A stretch of DNA of 61,206 nucleotides from NCBI GenBank assembly GCA_964352425.1, contig CAYGRZ010000005.1:1-61206 (forward strand). Direction: 5' to 3'. Shown here piece by piece: positions 25,810-35,059 of the stretch. The position numbers were made by a program, and so were the translations under genes. Source of the stretch: an uncultured Planctomycetia bacterium. GTDB lineage: Bacteria > Omnitrophota > Gorgyraeia > 2-01-FULL-45-10. Under the pieces are notes generated by a model, which did no database searches, was not told the DNA's origin, and was given only the letters and a program-made list of their open reading frames with translations. How positions within the stretch are numbered: the first letter of the stretch is position 1; every line of letters starts with the position of its first letter.

Positions 25810-26926
25810 ATGATAGAAGAGCTTAACGGGGAAATAAAGGTAGTAGAGGAGAAGCTGGGCACCCTCAGAGGTTATCTTTGACGTCGACGAAAAGCTTAAG
25901 AAGATAGGCTTGCTCGAGACGGAGATATCGCAGGCCGATTTCTGGAAAGATGAAGCCAGGTCCAAAGAAGTCATCGGCCGGCTCAAGGACCTTAAGGCGG
26001 TTGCGGAGCCCTTCGTGAAGCTCTCCGCCGAGTTAAACGGCATAAAAGAGATCGTCGGCATCGCGGGGCCGGAAGACAGGGAGTCTCTGGAGCATTTCAA
26101 GAAGGACCTCGCGGCCCTGCGGAAAAAGCTCGACCTGCTGGAGTTTAACAGCCTGCTCTGCGAAGAGGCGGACCGCAACAATGCCTTCCTCAGCGTGAAC
26201 GCGGGTGCCGGCGGCACGGAATCCTGCGACTGGGCGGCGATGCTGCTCAGGATGTATACGCGATGGGCCGAGGATAAGGGTTTCCAGGTAGATATCATCG
26301 ATCAGCTCACGGGTGAGGAAGCCGGCATCAAGAACGCCACGATCCTTATTAAGGGCGGTTACGCGTTCGGCTTCCTGAAGTCGGAGTCGGGCGTCCACCG
26401 CCTGGTCAGGATCTCGCCGTTCGATTCGAACAAGCGCCGCCACACCTCGTTCGCTTCCATCGACGTGATCCCCGAGATATCCGATGACATACAGATAGAC
26501 TTGAAAGATGACGATCTGAAGGTTGATACGTTCCGCGCCGGCGGCAAGGGCGGGCAGCATGTCAACAAGACCGACTCCGCCGTCCGTATCACGCATCAGC
26601 CTACGGGCATCATCGTCCAGTGCCAGAGCGAGCGGTCCCAGTTCAAGAACAAGCAGACGGCGCTGAAGGTATTGAAGGCGAAGCTCTACGAGAAGGAGCG
26701 GATGAAGAAGGTAAGACAGATCGAGAGCGCGTACGAGGCGAAGAAAGAGATAGCGTGGGGAAGCCAGATACGCTCGTATGTCCTCCACCCGTATTCGATG
26801 GTCAAGGACCACAGGACCGACCACGAGACCGGCAACGCCCAGGCGGTGCTGGAGGGTAAGCTCGACCAGTTCATCGAGGCGTATCTGAAAAAGGCGAAGA
26901 GCGAAGGGCGAAGGGCCAAGGGCTAA
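25810..26926 (+). CDS. prfB: Peptide chain release factor 2, requiring a programmed +1 frameshift: join(25810..25878, 25880..26926)
   Basis: Frame 0 is MIEELNGEIKVVEEKLGTLRGYL, then in-frame TGA at 25879-25881 within CTT TGA C. The +1 frame continues DVDEKLKK... with SPF (RISPFDS) and GGQ (GGKGGQHVNKT) motifs. Confidence 0.92.
25867..25882 (+). promoter_or_regulatory. prfB +1 frameshift site
   Basis: AGAGGT TAT CTT TGA C: an SD-like element, 3 nt, then the slippery CTT before UGA-C, matching the classical RF2 autoregulatory site. Confidence 0.85.
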
Positions 26927-26951
26927 GAGCGAAGAGCTAAGGGCTAAGGAT
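26896..26951 (+). repeat. Heptanucleotide tandem repeat (NAAGRGC x8) spanning the prfB stop and the prfB-secA spacer
   Basis: GAAGAGC GAAGGGC GAAGGGC CAAGGGC TAAGAGC GAAGAGC TAAGGGC TAAGGAT. Confidence 0.85.
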
Positions 26952-26955
26952 AAGA

Positions 26956-29709
26956 ATGATCAATTTTATACTCAAAAAGATAATCGGGACGCAGAACGAG
27001 CGCATCGTACGGGAGCTGAGGCCGCTTGTTGAAAAGATAAACGCCTTCGAGCCTGACGTTTCGAAGTTGTCGAACGAGGGCTTACGCGCCAAGACCGATG
27101 AATTCAGGAAGCGCATAGCCGATGCCTACGCGGCGCATAAGGATGAACTCGAAGCGATCGACGGCGCTTTCAGGGACTCGACCTCGCCGGACGAGAAGGA
27201 GAAGATAAAGCGCAAGGCGCGCGACGTGAAGAACAGGGTATTCGAGGACGTGCTGCCCGAGGCGTTCGCCGTGGTGCGCGAGACGGCCAGGCGCAGCGTC
27301 AATATGCGCCACTTCGATGTCCAGCTCATGGGCGGCATCGTGCTGCACCGCGGCAAGATCTCCGAGATGGCTACGGGCGAAGGCAAGACGCTGGTGGCCA
27401 CACTGCCGGCGTACCTGAACGCGCTCACGGGCGAGGGCGTGCACGTGGTGACCGTCAACGATTACCTGGCCAAGAGAGACCGGAACTGGATGGGGCCGGT
27501 CTACGAATCCCTCGGGCTCACCGTCGGCGCGATACAGCACGACATGGACCAGCGGTCCAGGCAGGCGGCATACGCGTGCGACATCACCTACGGGACGAAC
27601 AATGAGTTCGGGTTCGATTATCTCAGGGATAACATGGTGGTCCACAAGGACGACATGGTGCAGCGCGGGTCGAATTACGCGATTGTCGACGAGGTCGACT
27701 CTATCCTGGTCGATGAATCCAGGACGCCGCTCATCATCTCGGGCCCCGCCGAAGAGTCGACGGACAAATATTACATAATAAACAAGATAGTCCCGAGGCT
27801 GTCCGGCAAGGTCATCACCGATAAGGAAGAGATAGACGCCAAATATAAAGGGGTCGACCTGGAAAAGGGCATCGATTATATAGTTAACGAGAAGAACCAC
27901 ACCGTGAACCTGACCGAAGAAGGCATCGTGAAATGCCAGCAGCTTATCGGCGTCAAGAACCTCTACGAAGACCTCCAGTCGGAATGGGAGCATCACATCA
28001 GGCAGGCCATACGGGCGCACGCCCTGTACAAGAAAGACGTCGATTATGTCGTGAAGGATGGCGAGGTGCTGATAGTCGATGAGTTCACGGGCAGGCTGAT
28101 GCCCGGCAGGCGCTGGTCTGACGGCCTCCACCAGGCCGTCGAGGCGAAGGAGGGCGTCAAGATAGAGCGGGAGAACCAGACGCTCGCCACCATAACGTTC
28201 CAGAACTACTTCAGGATGTATAAGAAGCTCGCGGGCATGACGGGTACGGCCGAGACCGAGGCGGCGGAATTCAGCAAGATATACGGCCTGGATGTCGTCG
28301 TGATACCGACCAACAGGCCGATGAAGAGGAGCCACAATCCCGACGTCATATATAAGACCGAGCGGGAAAAATTCAATGCCGTATGCGCCGAGATCGCCGA
28401 GCTTTATAAGGCGGGCAGGCCGGTGCTGGTCGGCACGATATCGATAGAGAAGTCGGAGCGCCTTTCGAGCCTTTTAAAACGGATGACCATACCGCATCAC
28501 GTGCTGAACGCCAAATACCACGAGATGGAGGCGGAGATCATCGCGAAGGCAGGCCAGAAATACGCGATCACGATAGCTACGAACATGGCCGGCCGCGGGA
28601 CCGATATCGTCCTCGGGGAAACCGTTGCCGGCCTCGGGGGCCTCCATGTCCTCGGCACCGAGCGCCACGAGGCCCGCCGCATAGATAACCAGCTGCGCGG
28701 CCGCTCCGGCAGGCAGGGTGATCCGGGTTCGAGCAGGTTCTATCTCTCGCTCGAAGACGACCTGATGAGGATATTCGGCTCCGACAGGATAAAGGGCGTC
28801 ATGGACAAACTTGGGATGGAGGAAGGCCAGGATATACAGCACCCGTTCATAACGCACGCCATAGAAACGGCGCAGAAAAGGGTCGAGGCGCACAACTTTG
28901 AGATAAGAAAACACCTTCTGGAATACGATAATGTCATGAACAGGCAGAGGGAGGTCATCTACGAGGAGCGGCGCAAGGTCCTCTTCGGCAGTGACATGAA
29001 GGATTATATTTACGAGATCATGGAAGAGGTCGTGGAATATGCGCTCGATACCTACCTGAACGAGAAGGTGGGCGTCGACACGTGGGATTTCGACGGATTC
29101 AGGCAGTATCTCGAATCGAGGTTCGGCCTGAAGACGAAGGACGTAAACTTCGAGGAGATGCGCAGGCCGGAGGTGCAGGATACCGTGATCGAATCTCTTA
29201 AAGCGGCCTACGGGGCTAAAGAGCGGGAGCTCGGGCCGGAGATGGCACGGCACCTCGAGAGGATGATACTCCTCCAGGTCGTGGATTCGCGGTGGAAAGA
29301 CCACCTGTACGCGATGGATAATCTCAGGGAAGGCATAGGCCTCCGCGCCTACGGGCAGCGCGACCCTCTTGTGGAATATCAGCACGAGGCGTACGCGATG
29401 TTCATGGACATGATAAGCCGCATAAAGGAAGAGACGCTCGAATATCTGTTCAAGATAAAAGCGATACGGGAAGAGAAGGCGCCGGAGGCGGTGTTCGATT
29501 TCTCAAGACAGCAGCTCCTGCATGAAGAGAAGACCCAGTTCCAGGATGTCCCCTCCCGGGAAGAAGAGTCGGCTGCCGGGCAGTATAAGGGGCAGCTTCC
29601 TCCTGCCGAACATATTCCTACCTACAAGAGGGAAAAGCCGAAGGTCGGCAGGAACGATCCGTGCCCGTGCGGGAGCGGCAAGAAATACAAGAAGTGCTGT
29701 GGAAAATAA
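26956..29709 (+). CDS. secA: Preprotein translocase ATPase SecA
   Basis: 917 aa. Walker [19 protein letters not shown], and C-terminal zinc motif [14 protein letters not shown]. Confidence 0.95.
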   Translation: MINFILKKIIGTQNERIVRELRPLVEKINAFEPDVSKLSNEGLRAKTDEFRKRIADAYAAHKDELEAIDGAFRDSTSPDEKEKIKRKARDVKNRVFEDVLPEAFAVVRETARRSVNMRHFDVQLMGGIVLHRGKISEMATGEGKTLVATLPAYLNALTGEGVHVVTVNDYLAKRDRNWMGPVYESLGLTVGAIQHDMDQRSRQAAYACDITYGTNNEFGFDYLRDNMVVHKDDMVQRGSNYAIVDEVDSILVDESRTPLIISGPAEESTDKYYIINKIVPRLSGKVITDKEEIDAKYKGVDLEKGIDYIVNEKNHTVNLTEEGIVKCQQLIGVKNLYEDLQSEWEHHIRQAIRAHALYKKDVDYVVKDGEVLIVDEFTGRLMPGRRWSDGLHQAVEAKEGVKIERENQTLATITFQNYFRMYKKLAGMTGTAETEAAEFSKIYGLDVVVIPTNRPMKRSHNPDVIYKTEREKFNAVCAEIAELYKAGRPVLVGTISIEKSERLSSLLKRMTIPHHVLNAKYHEMEAEIIAKAGQKYAITIATNMAGRGTDIVLGETVAGLGGLHVLGTERHEARRIDNQLRGRSGRQGDPGSSRFYLSLEDDLMRIFGSDRIKGVMDKLGMEEGQDIQHPFITHAIETAQKRVEAHNFEIRKHLLEYDNVMNRQREVIYEERRKVLFGSDMKDYIYEIMEEVVEYALDTYLNEKVGVDTWDFDGFRQYLESRFGLKTKDVNFEEMRRPEVQDTVIESLKAAYGAKERELGPEMARHLERMILLQVVDSRWKDHLYAMDNLREGIGLRAYGQRDPLVEYQHEAYAMFMDMISRIKEETLEYLFKIKAIREEKAPEAVFDFSRQQLLHEEKTQFQDVPSREEESAAGQYKGQLPPAEHIPTYKREKPKVGRNDPCPCGSGKKYKKCCGK

Positions 29710-29752
29710 AAAAAAATCACAAATTAAAAATCACGCCGGCCCGCCGATAGCC

Positions 29753-31339
29753 ATGGCCGGGGCGGGCAAATTCCAGTATACAAAATCTATTTTTTTCATT
29801 GTTCTCTCCGCAACCTTCCTCGTCTTATCCTATCCAAACTTTAATCTCTGGTTCCTTACCTGGGTCGGATTCGTTCCCCTGTTTATGGCGATCGAAGGCA
29901 GGCGGCCGTGGCAGGCATTCCTCATATCCTTGTCGACAGGGATCATCTTCGGCCTCGGCACCGTCTACTGGCTGATCCACGTCACCCTGCCCGGCATGAT
30001 CTGCGGCGTGCTCTATCTGGCGCTTTACGTCGCTGTATTCGCTCTCATCGTACTGCCGGCGGTAAACCGCCCGTCGATAGTCAGCCTGCTGGTGATCCCC
30101 GCCGCGTGGGTTGCGCTTGAATGGGTGCGCGCGCACCTCTTTACCGGTTTTGGCTGGGCGCTCCTGGCGTATTCACAGAGCTCGAACCTGCCCGTGATCC
30201 AGATCGCGGATATGACGGGGGCATATGGCGTCAGTTTCCTGGTGATGCTGGTCAATGCGGCCGTTTTCATGACCATCCGGGAAGCGCGCAGGAAGAACTA
30301 TTACACCTATTACATGGCCGTCGCGCTCTTTTTGGTATTTCTTTCGCTCGCCTACGGCGTGTTCAGGCTGAAGAATATCTTTGCCGGCGATATGCTGAAA
30401 GTCGCGGTCGTCCAGGGCAATATCCCGCAGTACCAGAAATGGGATCAGGACTTCCGCGCAGAGATCATGGGAAGATACGCGGCCCTTACGCTGGAAGCCG
30501 CTAAGGAAAAGCCTGACCTTATCATCTGGCCCGAGACCGCGGTGCCGGGATTTCTCGATGCCGAGCGCGACCTGTTCGATAAGGTTACGGGACTGGCCAA
30601 GAGCACCGGTGCTCCGCTGCTGGTCGGCGCCCCGGCCCTTGCGCGCGGCGAGAAGGACGCCTATTTCAACAGCGCCATCCTCTTCGGCGAAGACGGCAGA
30701 GTGATAGATCGTTACGACAAGCTGCATCTCGTCCCGTTCGGGGAATACATACCGCTCAAGATCGTCTTCGGGTTCGTGCAAAAGATCGCGCCGATAGCGA
30801 TCGGGGATTTCTCGGCAGGGAAGAAATGGACCGTCTTTAAATTCTTCATCGAGCGCGAGTCGAAGGGAAAAGAGGCGACCTGGCGGCTTCTCAAGAAGGT
30901 GCGTTTCTCGAGCCTGATATGCTTCGAAGACATATTCCCCGAGCTTGCCAGGGGGTTTGTCAGCCGGGACGCGCTCTTCCTGGTCAATATGACCAATGAC
31001 GCGTGGTTTGGCAATACGAACGCCGCGCACCAGCACGCGCAGGCCTCGGTCTTCAGGGCTGTCGAGAACCGGGTCAATGTCATCAGGGCCGCCAATACGG
31101 GTGTATCCTGTTTCATCGACCAGAAGGGGATCGTCACCGAGAAAGTCGCACGGGACGGTAAGGATACGTTTCTTGACGGTTTTGCCGTGCACGACATAGT
31201 GCTGACAAAGACGAGGACGATCTATACGGTCTACGGCGATCTCTTCGCGTATTTCTGCATCCTGGTCGCTGTCGCGGGTATCGTGATCTCGAGAATTAGA
31301 TCATCTAACCTGGTTAGATTTGCCAGGTTAACCGGATAG
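29753..31339 (+). CDS. lnt: Apolipoprotein N-acyltransferase
   Basis: Multi-TM N-terminal half plus CN-hydrolase domain (VVQGNIPQ..., LIIWPE, LICFEDIFPE). ATG 29753 avoids the 190-nt overlap with secA implied by the 29522 ORF. Confidence 0.85.
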   Translation: MAGAGKFQYTKSIFFIVLSATFLVLSYPNFNLWFLTWVGFVPLFMAIEGRRPWQAFLISLSTGIIFGLGTVYWLIHVTLPGMICGVLYLALYVAVFALIVLPAVNRPSIVSLLVIPAAWVALEWVRAHLFTGFGWALLAYSQSSNLPVIQIADMTGAYGVSFLVMLVNAAVFMTIREARRKNYYTYYMAVALFLVFLSLAYGVFRLKNIFAGDMLKVAVVQGNIPQYQKWDQDFRAEIMGRYAALTLEAAKEKPDLIIWPETAVPGFLDAERDLFDKVTGLAKSTGAPLLVGAPALARGEKDAYFNSAILFGEDGRVIDRYDKLHLVPFGEYIPLKIVFGFVQKIAPIAIGDFSAGKKWTVFKFFIERESKGKEATWRLLKKVRFSSLICFEDIFPELARGFVSRDALFLVNMTNDAWFGNTNAAHQHAQASVFRAVENRVNVIRAANTGVSCFIDQKGIVTEKVARDGKDTFLDGFAVHDIVLTKTRTIYTVYGDLFAYFCILVAVAGIVISRIRSSNLVRFARLTG

Positions 31340-31349
31340 AATATTACCC

Positions 31350-31395
31350 CCACAGCGTAGGGCACCTTTAAAGGTGCCCTACGCTGTGGATAACT
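31350..31395 (+). repeat. REP hairpin (variant A) with CTGTGGATAACT tail
   Basis: Perfect 40-nt palindrome CCACAGCGTAGGGCACCTTTAAAGGTGCCCTACGCTGTGG, 11 nt after the lnt stop. The tail points toward the RAYT gene. Confidence 0.9.
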
Positions 31396-31890
31396 TTATA
31401 GTATAAATTTATCTATGGTTAAAATGTCGCATTTATTATTAAAATAGAATTGGTAACTGGAATATCTATATTCCTCTAATGACGTAACCATGTCTGACCT
31501 CAGCGGATTATTATGTATGTATTCTATTTTTCTGATAAGCATTAATTCATCCCTGATCACCTCATCATAATATCTCTTTTGCCATAATTTCCCGGTTGAA
31601 ACGCTCATTCTGTTTATCTTTCTGGCGAAACTTCCCTTGATCATCTGCATAATGTATGAAAGATCGTATTTTCCTATAGGGTGCAATATGAGATGCAAAT
31701 GGTCCGGCATTATGCAGTAAGCGTATATTTTGTAATCGAGAATTAATTTAAAATATTCTATACTGACCAGAAGAATATTACACATTTTTTCATCTGTAAA
31801 AATTGGTCGCCTTTCCTGAACGACAGTTGTTACGAAGTATGAATATCCAATTTCAAAATGCCGTTTAATATTTCCCATAAAGATATACAC
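31396..31890 (-). CDS. REP-associated tyrosine transposase (IS200/IS605 TnpA-like, HUH/Y1)
   Basis: 164 aa. HUH motif MPDHLHLIL and catalytic-Tyr region IEYIHNNP. Flanked by inverted REP hairpins. Confidence 0.8.
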   Translation of the reverse strand: MYIFMGNIKRHFEIGYSYFVTTVVQERRPIFTDEKMCNILLVSIEYFKLILDYKIYAYCIMPDHLHLILHPIGKYDLSYIMQMIKGSFARKINRMSVSTGKLWQKRYYDEVIRDELMLIRKIEYIHNNPLRSDMVTSLEEYRYSSYQFYFNNKCDILTIDKFIL

Positions 31891-31899
31891 GCCTTGGAA

Positions 31900-31936
31900 T
31901 TATCCACAAGGTAGGTCACCCTTAAGGGTGACCTAC
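31900..31936 (-). repeat. REP hairpin (variant B), inverted orientation
   Basis: TTATCCACAAG + GTAGGTCACCCTTAAGGGTGACCTAC. The tail lies on the RAYT-proximal side, mirroring the 31350 copy. Confidence 0.85.
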
Positions 31937-31977
31937 GATATTTTATTATGTTGTTTTATTAGGTTGTTTTATAATTA

Positions 31978-32211
31978 TTATTGTTTGAAATATACAATAT
32001 CACATGGCTCGTTTTTCATCGATTGGCATAAGGGGTAATCGTCTTCAAGGTCATCGTCAATATGACCATCGAGAATCTCTTTAATTCTCTGTTTTATCTG
32101 TTCTTCCGTAGGATCGTCCTGATGGATTATGTTATAGCCGTTTACTCGGGAAACCATGACATTTTTCCCGTATACTTGTGTCAGCATGGATAAAGGTGTA
32201 GCCCCGTTCAT
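31978..32211 (-). CDS. Hypothetical acidic 77-aa protein inside the REP island
   Basis: AAGGAGGG RBS, AT-rich. No family recognised. Confidence 0.45.
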   Translation of the reverse strand: MNGATPLSMLTQVYGKNVMVSRVNGYNIIHQDDPTEEQIKQRIKEILDGHIDDDLEDDYPLCQSMKNEPCDIVYFKQ

Positions 32212-32236
32212 TGTTGCCCTCCTTATGTTAGTATCG

Positions 32237-32275
32237 GTAGGGCACCTTTAAAGGTGCCCTACGCTGTGGATAACT
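32237..32275 (+). repeat. REP hairpin (variant A) plus tail
   Basis: GTAGGGCACCTTTAAAGGTGCCCTAC + GCTGTGGATAACT. Confidence 0.9.
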
Positions 32276-32292
32276 TTAAAGTTGAAGTAGAA

Positions 32293-32331
32293 GTAGGTCA
32301 CCCTTAAGGGTGACCTACACTGTGGATAACT
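32293..32331 (+). repeat. REP hairpin (variant B) plus tail, abutting the yifB stop codon
   Basis: GTAGGTCACCCTTAAGGGTGACCTAC + ACTGTGGATAACT. The last nt is the first nt of the TCA (stop) of the minus-strand gene. Confidence 0.9.
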
Positions 32332-33863
32332 CAGCCCCAGAGATTCCTGTCCAAGCTTCTGTAAGAAATCGCCTCCGATATATGATGCGCTTCGATGATC
32401 TCTTTGCCATCAAGGTCCGCAATAGTCCTCGATACTCTCAGGATCTTATCGTAAGCCCGCGCAGAGATCCCAAGCTCAAGTATCGCCAGCTTCAAGAGTT
32501 CCTCGCTTTCTCTATCGAGCACGCAGTATTTTTCCATCTCCTTCGGATCGAGGTGCGCGTTGAAATTTATCCCGTCGCCTTTGTAACGCGCTTTCTGTAC
32601 CTCGCGCGCGTTGTCGACGCGCTTACGTATCGCCTCTGACGGCTCTCCGCGTCTTTTATCGGTCAGATGCTCGAGCTTCAGCCGTGGCACCTCAAGGTGT
32701 ATATCTATCCTGTCGAGGAGCGGCCCCGATATCTTCGAGAGGTAATTCTGTATCTGCATCGGCGAGCAGTGGCATTCGCGCTTCGGATCGGTGAAGTAGC
32801 CGCACGGGCAGGGGTTCATCGCGGCGACGAGCATGAATTTCGCAGGATACGTAAACGTGTTGGCGACGCGCGCGATAGTGACGTGCCCGTCTTCCATAGG
32901 CTGGCGCAGGACCTCGAGGACATTTTTCTTGAACTCCGGAAGCTCGTCCAGAAAAAGGACGCCGTTATGGGAGAGGCTTATCTCGCCGGGACTGGGATTT
33001 GTCCCGCCGCCGACGAGCGCGGCGTCCGATATGGTATGATGCGGGGCGCGGAAAGGCCGGGTGCCGATGAGTACCTTGTTCGGCGCCAGGAGCCCCGCCA
33101 CGCTGTGTATCTTTGATGTCTCCAGGCTCTCACCAAGCGTCATCTCCGAGAGTATCGTCGGAAGCCGCTTGGCGAGCATGCTCTTTCCCGAACCCGGCGG
33201 CCCGATCAGGAGGACGTTGTGGCCTCCGGCGGCGGCGACCTCGAGCCCGCGCTTGACATGTTCCTGGCCTTTGACGTCGCAGAAATCGGCTTTATACTTT
33301 GAGCTGCGCTTCAGGATCTGTTCGGTATTCTGTTTTTGCGGCTCCAGGGCTGTCTTTCCGTTGAGGAAATCAACGACCTCTTTCAGGGAGCCGGCAGGGT
33401 AGGCCTCTATCTCACTGACCGTCGACGCTTCTTTCGCGTTCTCTTTCGGGAGGATGAATTTCTGCCTGCCCATCGCCTTGATGCCCATCGCTATAGGCAA
33501 GGCCCCCCGTATGGGTTTCAGCCTCCCGTCGAGCGAAAGCTCGCCGCAGAAGAGAAATTCTCCGAGGTCGGGACGCTCCAGCGCGCCCTCGAACAAAAGG
33601 ATCGAAAGGGCGATCGGCAGGTCGAATGCCGCGCCTTCCTTTTTGATATCCGCAGGGGCCAGGTTCACGGTGATCTTTTTCGACGGGAATAAATATCCGG
33701 AATTCCTTATTGCCGCCTTTATCCTGTCCCGGGATTCTTTGATGGCCGTATCAGGCAGCCCGACAATATTGAATCCCGGCAAACCTCCGCCCATGTCCGT
33801 TTCGACGGTGACTTCATATGCGTCTATACCTATGACGCAGCCGGAATAGACCTTCGCTATCAT
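32331..33863 (-). CDS. yifB: YifB/ComM-family Mg-chelatase-like AAA+ ATPase
   Basis: 510 aa. Lon-protease-like N-domain, Walker A GPPGSGKS, and VLFLDELPEF Walker B. Confidence 0.9.
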   Translation of the reverse strand: MIAKVYSGCVIGIDAYEVTVETDMGGGLPGFNIVGLPDTAIKESRDRIKAAIRNSGYLFPSKKITVNLAPADIKKEGAAFDLPIALSILLFEGALERPDLGEFLFCGELSLDGRLKPIRGALPIAMGIKAMGRQKFILPKENAKEASTVSEIEAYPAGSLKEVVDFLNGKTALEPQKQNTEQILKRSSKYKADFCDVKGQEHVKRGLEVAAAGGHNVLLIGPPGSGKSMLAKRLPTILSEMTLGESLETSKIHSVAGLLAPNKVLIGTRPFRAPHHTISDAALVGGGTNPSPGEISLSHNGVLFLDELPEFKKNVLEVLRQPMEDGHVTIARVANTFTYPAKFMLVAAMNPCPCGYFTDPKRECHCSPMQIQNYLSKISGPLLDRIDIHLEVPRLKLEHLTDKRRGEPSEAIRKRVDNAREVQKARYKGDGINFNAHLDPKEMEKYCVLDRESEELLKLAILELGISARAYDKILRVSRTIADLDGKEIIEAHHISEAISYRSLDRNLWG

Positions 33864-33875
33864 TACAGCCCTCCT

Positions 33876-34250
33876 TTAGCCGTTATCTTCAACCGCATTC
33901 TCTATTATTTCTATATTCTCCACTTCATATTGTTTATTCAGCTTCACCGACACGACATCCACCCTCCAATCCGATTCGAGAAGGCCGTGTTTTTTTAAAT
34001 ACATGAGCGCTGTCTGTACGATATGCCGCTGCTTTTTCCAGGTTACGGACAGAAAGGGCGGGCCGAGAGAAGAGGTGGTCCGGGTCTTTATTTCGACGAA
34101 TACGAGAGCGCTGCCTTTCCTTGCGATCAGATCGATCTCGCCCAGGGGCGTCCTGTAGTTGGACGCTATCGCCCTGTAGCCTTTTTTCTTCAGGAACGCA
34201 TGTGCTATCTTTTCGCCTATTGCCCCGGTCACTTTATTCTCCCGGCCCAT
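33876..34250 (-). CDS. yraN: YraN-family (UPF0102) endonuclease-like protein
   Basis: GEKIAHAFLKKKGYRAIASNYRTPLGEIDLIARKGSALVFVEIKTR is the YraN signature. Confidence 0.85.
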   Translation of the reverse strand: MGRENKVTGAIGEKIAHAFLKKKGYRAIASNYRTPLGEIDLIARKGSALVFVEIKTRTTSSLGPPFLSVTWKKQRHIVQTALMYLKKHGLLESDWRVDVVSVKLNKQYEVENIEIIENAVEDNG

Positions 34251-34253
34251 CCT

Positions 34254-34526
34254 TTATCCTCCGTATGCTTCCAGAACGACCTTTTCGATCTCGTCCTTGA
34301 TCTCCCTTCTTAAGGGGATCACCGTGTTATACCACTTGCCGTCCTTGCCGGCTTCCTGCGGCATGCCGACGAAGAGCCCGTCCTTGCCTTCGACGACCCG
34401 CAGCCCGTTGATGACCAGGCTGTCGAGCACCGATATGTCGCAGAAGGCCTTCAGGGCTCCGTCGCCATCCAGCTTGTGGATGCGCGTTACCGCCAATTTA
34501 AGATCCTCAGCTACCATCGCTATCAC
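34254..34526 (-). CDS. spoVG: SpoVG-family protein
   Basis: LKAFCDISVLDSLVINGLRVVEGKDGLFVGMPQ...KDGKWYNTVIPL.REIKDEIE is typical SpoVG. Confidence 0.85.
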   Translation of the reverse strand: MIAMVAEDLKLAVTRIHKLDGDGALKAFCDISVLDSLVINGLRVVEGKDGLFVGMPQEAGKDGKWYNTVIPLRREIKDEIEKVVLEAYGG

Positions 34527-34778
34527 CTCCTTTCAATGAGGCCATGACTTACGGAGCATTAGCGACGTAAGTCATATGGCCGAATTGATCCCGCAAAACT
34601 CCTCTAAATGGTGTTCGGTTGCTTTAAAGCCGTTTTGCGGGACTTTTGCGTCTCTACTATATAAGATGCAAAAGCCCCTGAAATTATTGCAAATATTTTT
34701 ATGGAACTTTCCGGTTAGCAATAAAAAAGGAGGTCGCCCCGGTATTGCAAAGGCGGGGGATTGTGTTATACTTAAAGC

Positions 34779-35050
34779 AGAGGAAGGGAGAGCTTCCCGC
34801 TATTGCAGGTGTGCTGCGGCGGATCCGCCGAGGTGCAAAGCACGCGGGCGGAAACCTTGTGAGGGGAAGGCCGATCCAAAGATGGCCGAGAGGCTATGCG
34901 GTTGGGATAACGGCCACCGGGGCCAGCCAGAAAACCCGTAAAAGGGGGCGATGAAAAGCCGAAATGGCCGGTCTTGACGCTTTCTTTCGTGAAGGTTGGA
35001 CTCTTTCTTCGGAAATGACCCAAGCCGAAAAGACTTGGGCCTTTTTCTTT
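34779..35050 (+). ncRNA. Candidate structured non-coding RNA of unknown class (about 270 nt)
   Basis: Lies in a 530-bp gene-free gap. TTGCAA 34745-34750, 16-nt spacer, TGtTATACT 34764-34772. GC-rich core with many local hairpins (for example CGGCGGATCCGCCG, GTGC-AAA-GCAC). Purine-rich 5' tracts are complementary to CU-rich 3' tracts. Terminator CCCAAG-N9-CTTGGG + CCTTTTTCTTTC at 35019-35050. No + strand gene follows. Confidence 0.35.
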
Positions 35051-35059
35051 CGGGATATG

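Larger units (their letters stand above)
31350..32331. mobile_element. RAYT/REP island: Y1 transposase gene and a passenger ORF bounded by GTAG-type REP hairpins
   Basis: Markedly AT-rich compared with its flanks. Contains four REP hairpins plus a HUH/Y1 transposase gene (see individual entries). Confidence 0.75.

Noticed and set aside
29522-29752. Upstream extension of lnt (605-aa ORF) overlapping the secA 3' end.
   Set aside because: The extension is Arg/Ser-rich with no Lnt similarity and overlaps secA by 190 nt. ATG 29753 gives a normal Lnt N-terminus.
34745-34954. 69-aa Arg-rich ORF with a TTG start 10 nt after an AAGGAGGT sequence, in the spoVG/anti-sigma gap. The overlapping 121-aa ORF at 34576-34941 is treated the same way.
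   Set aside because: The composition (R/G/A-rich, no hydrophobic core) looks like translated GC-rich structured RNA. The TTG coincides with the -35 of the predicted promoter. I prefer the ncRNA interpretation, though a tiny basic protein cannot be excluded.
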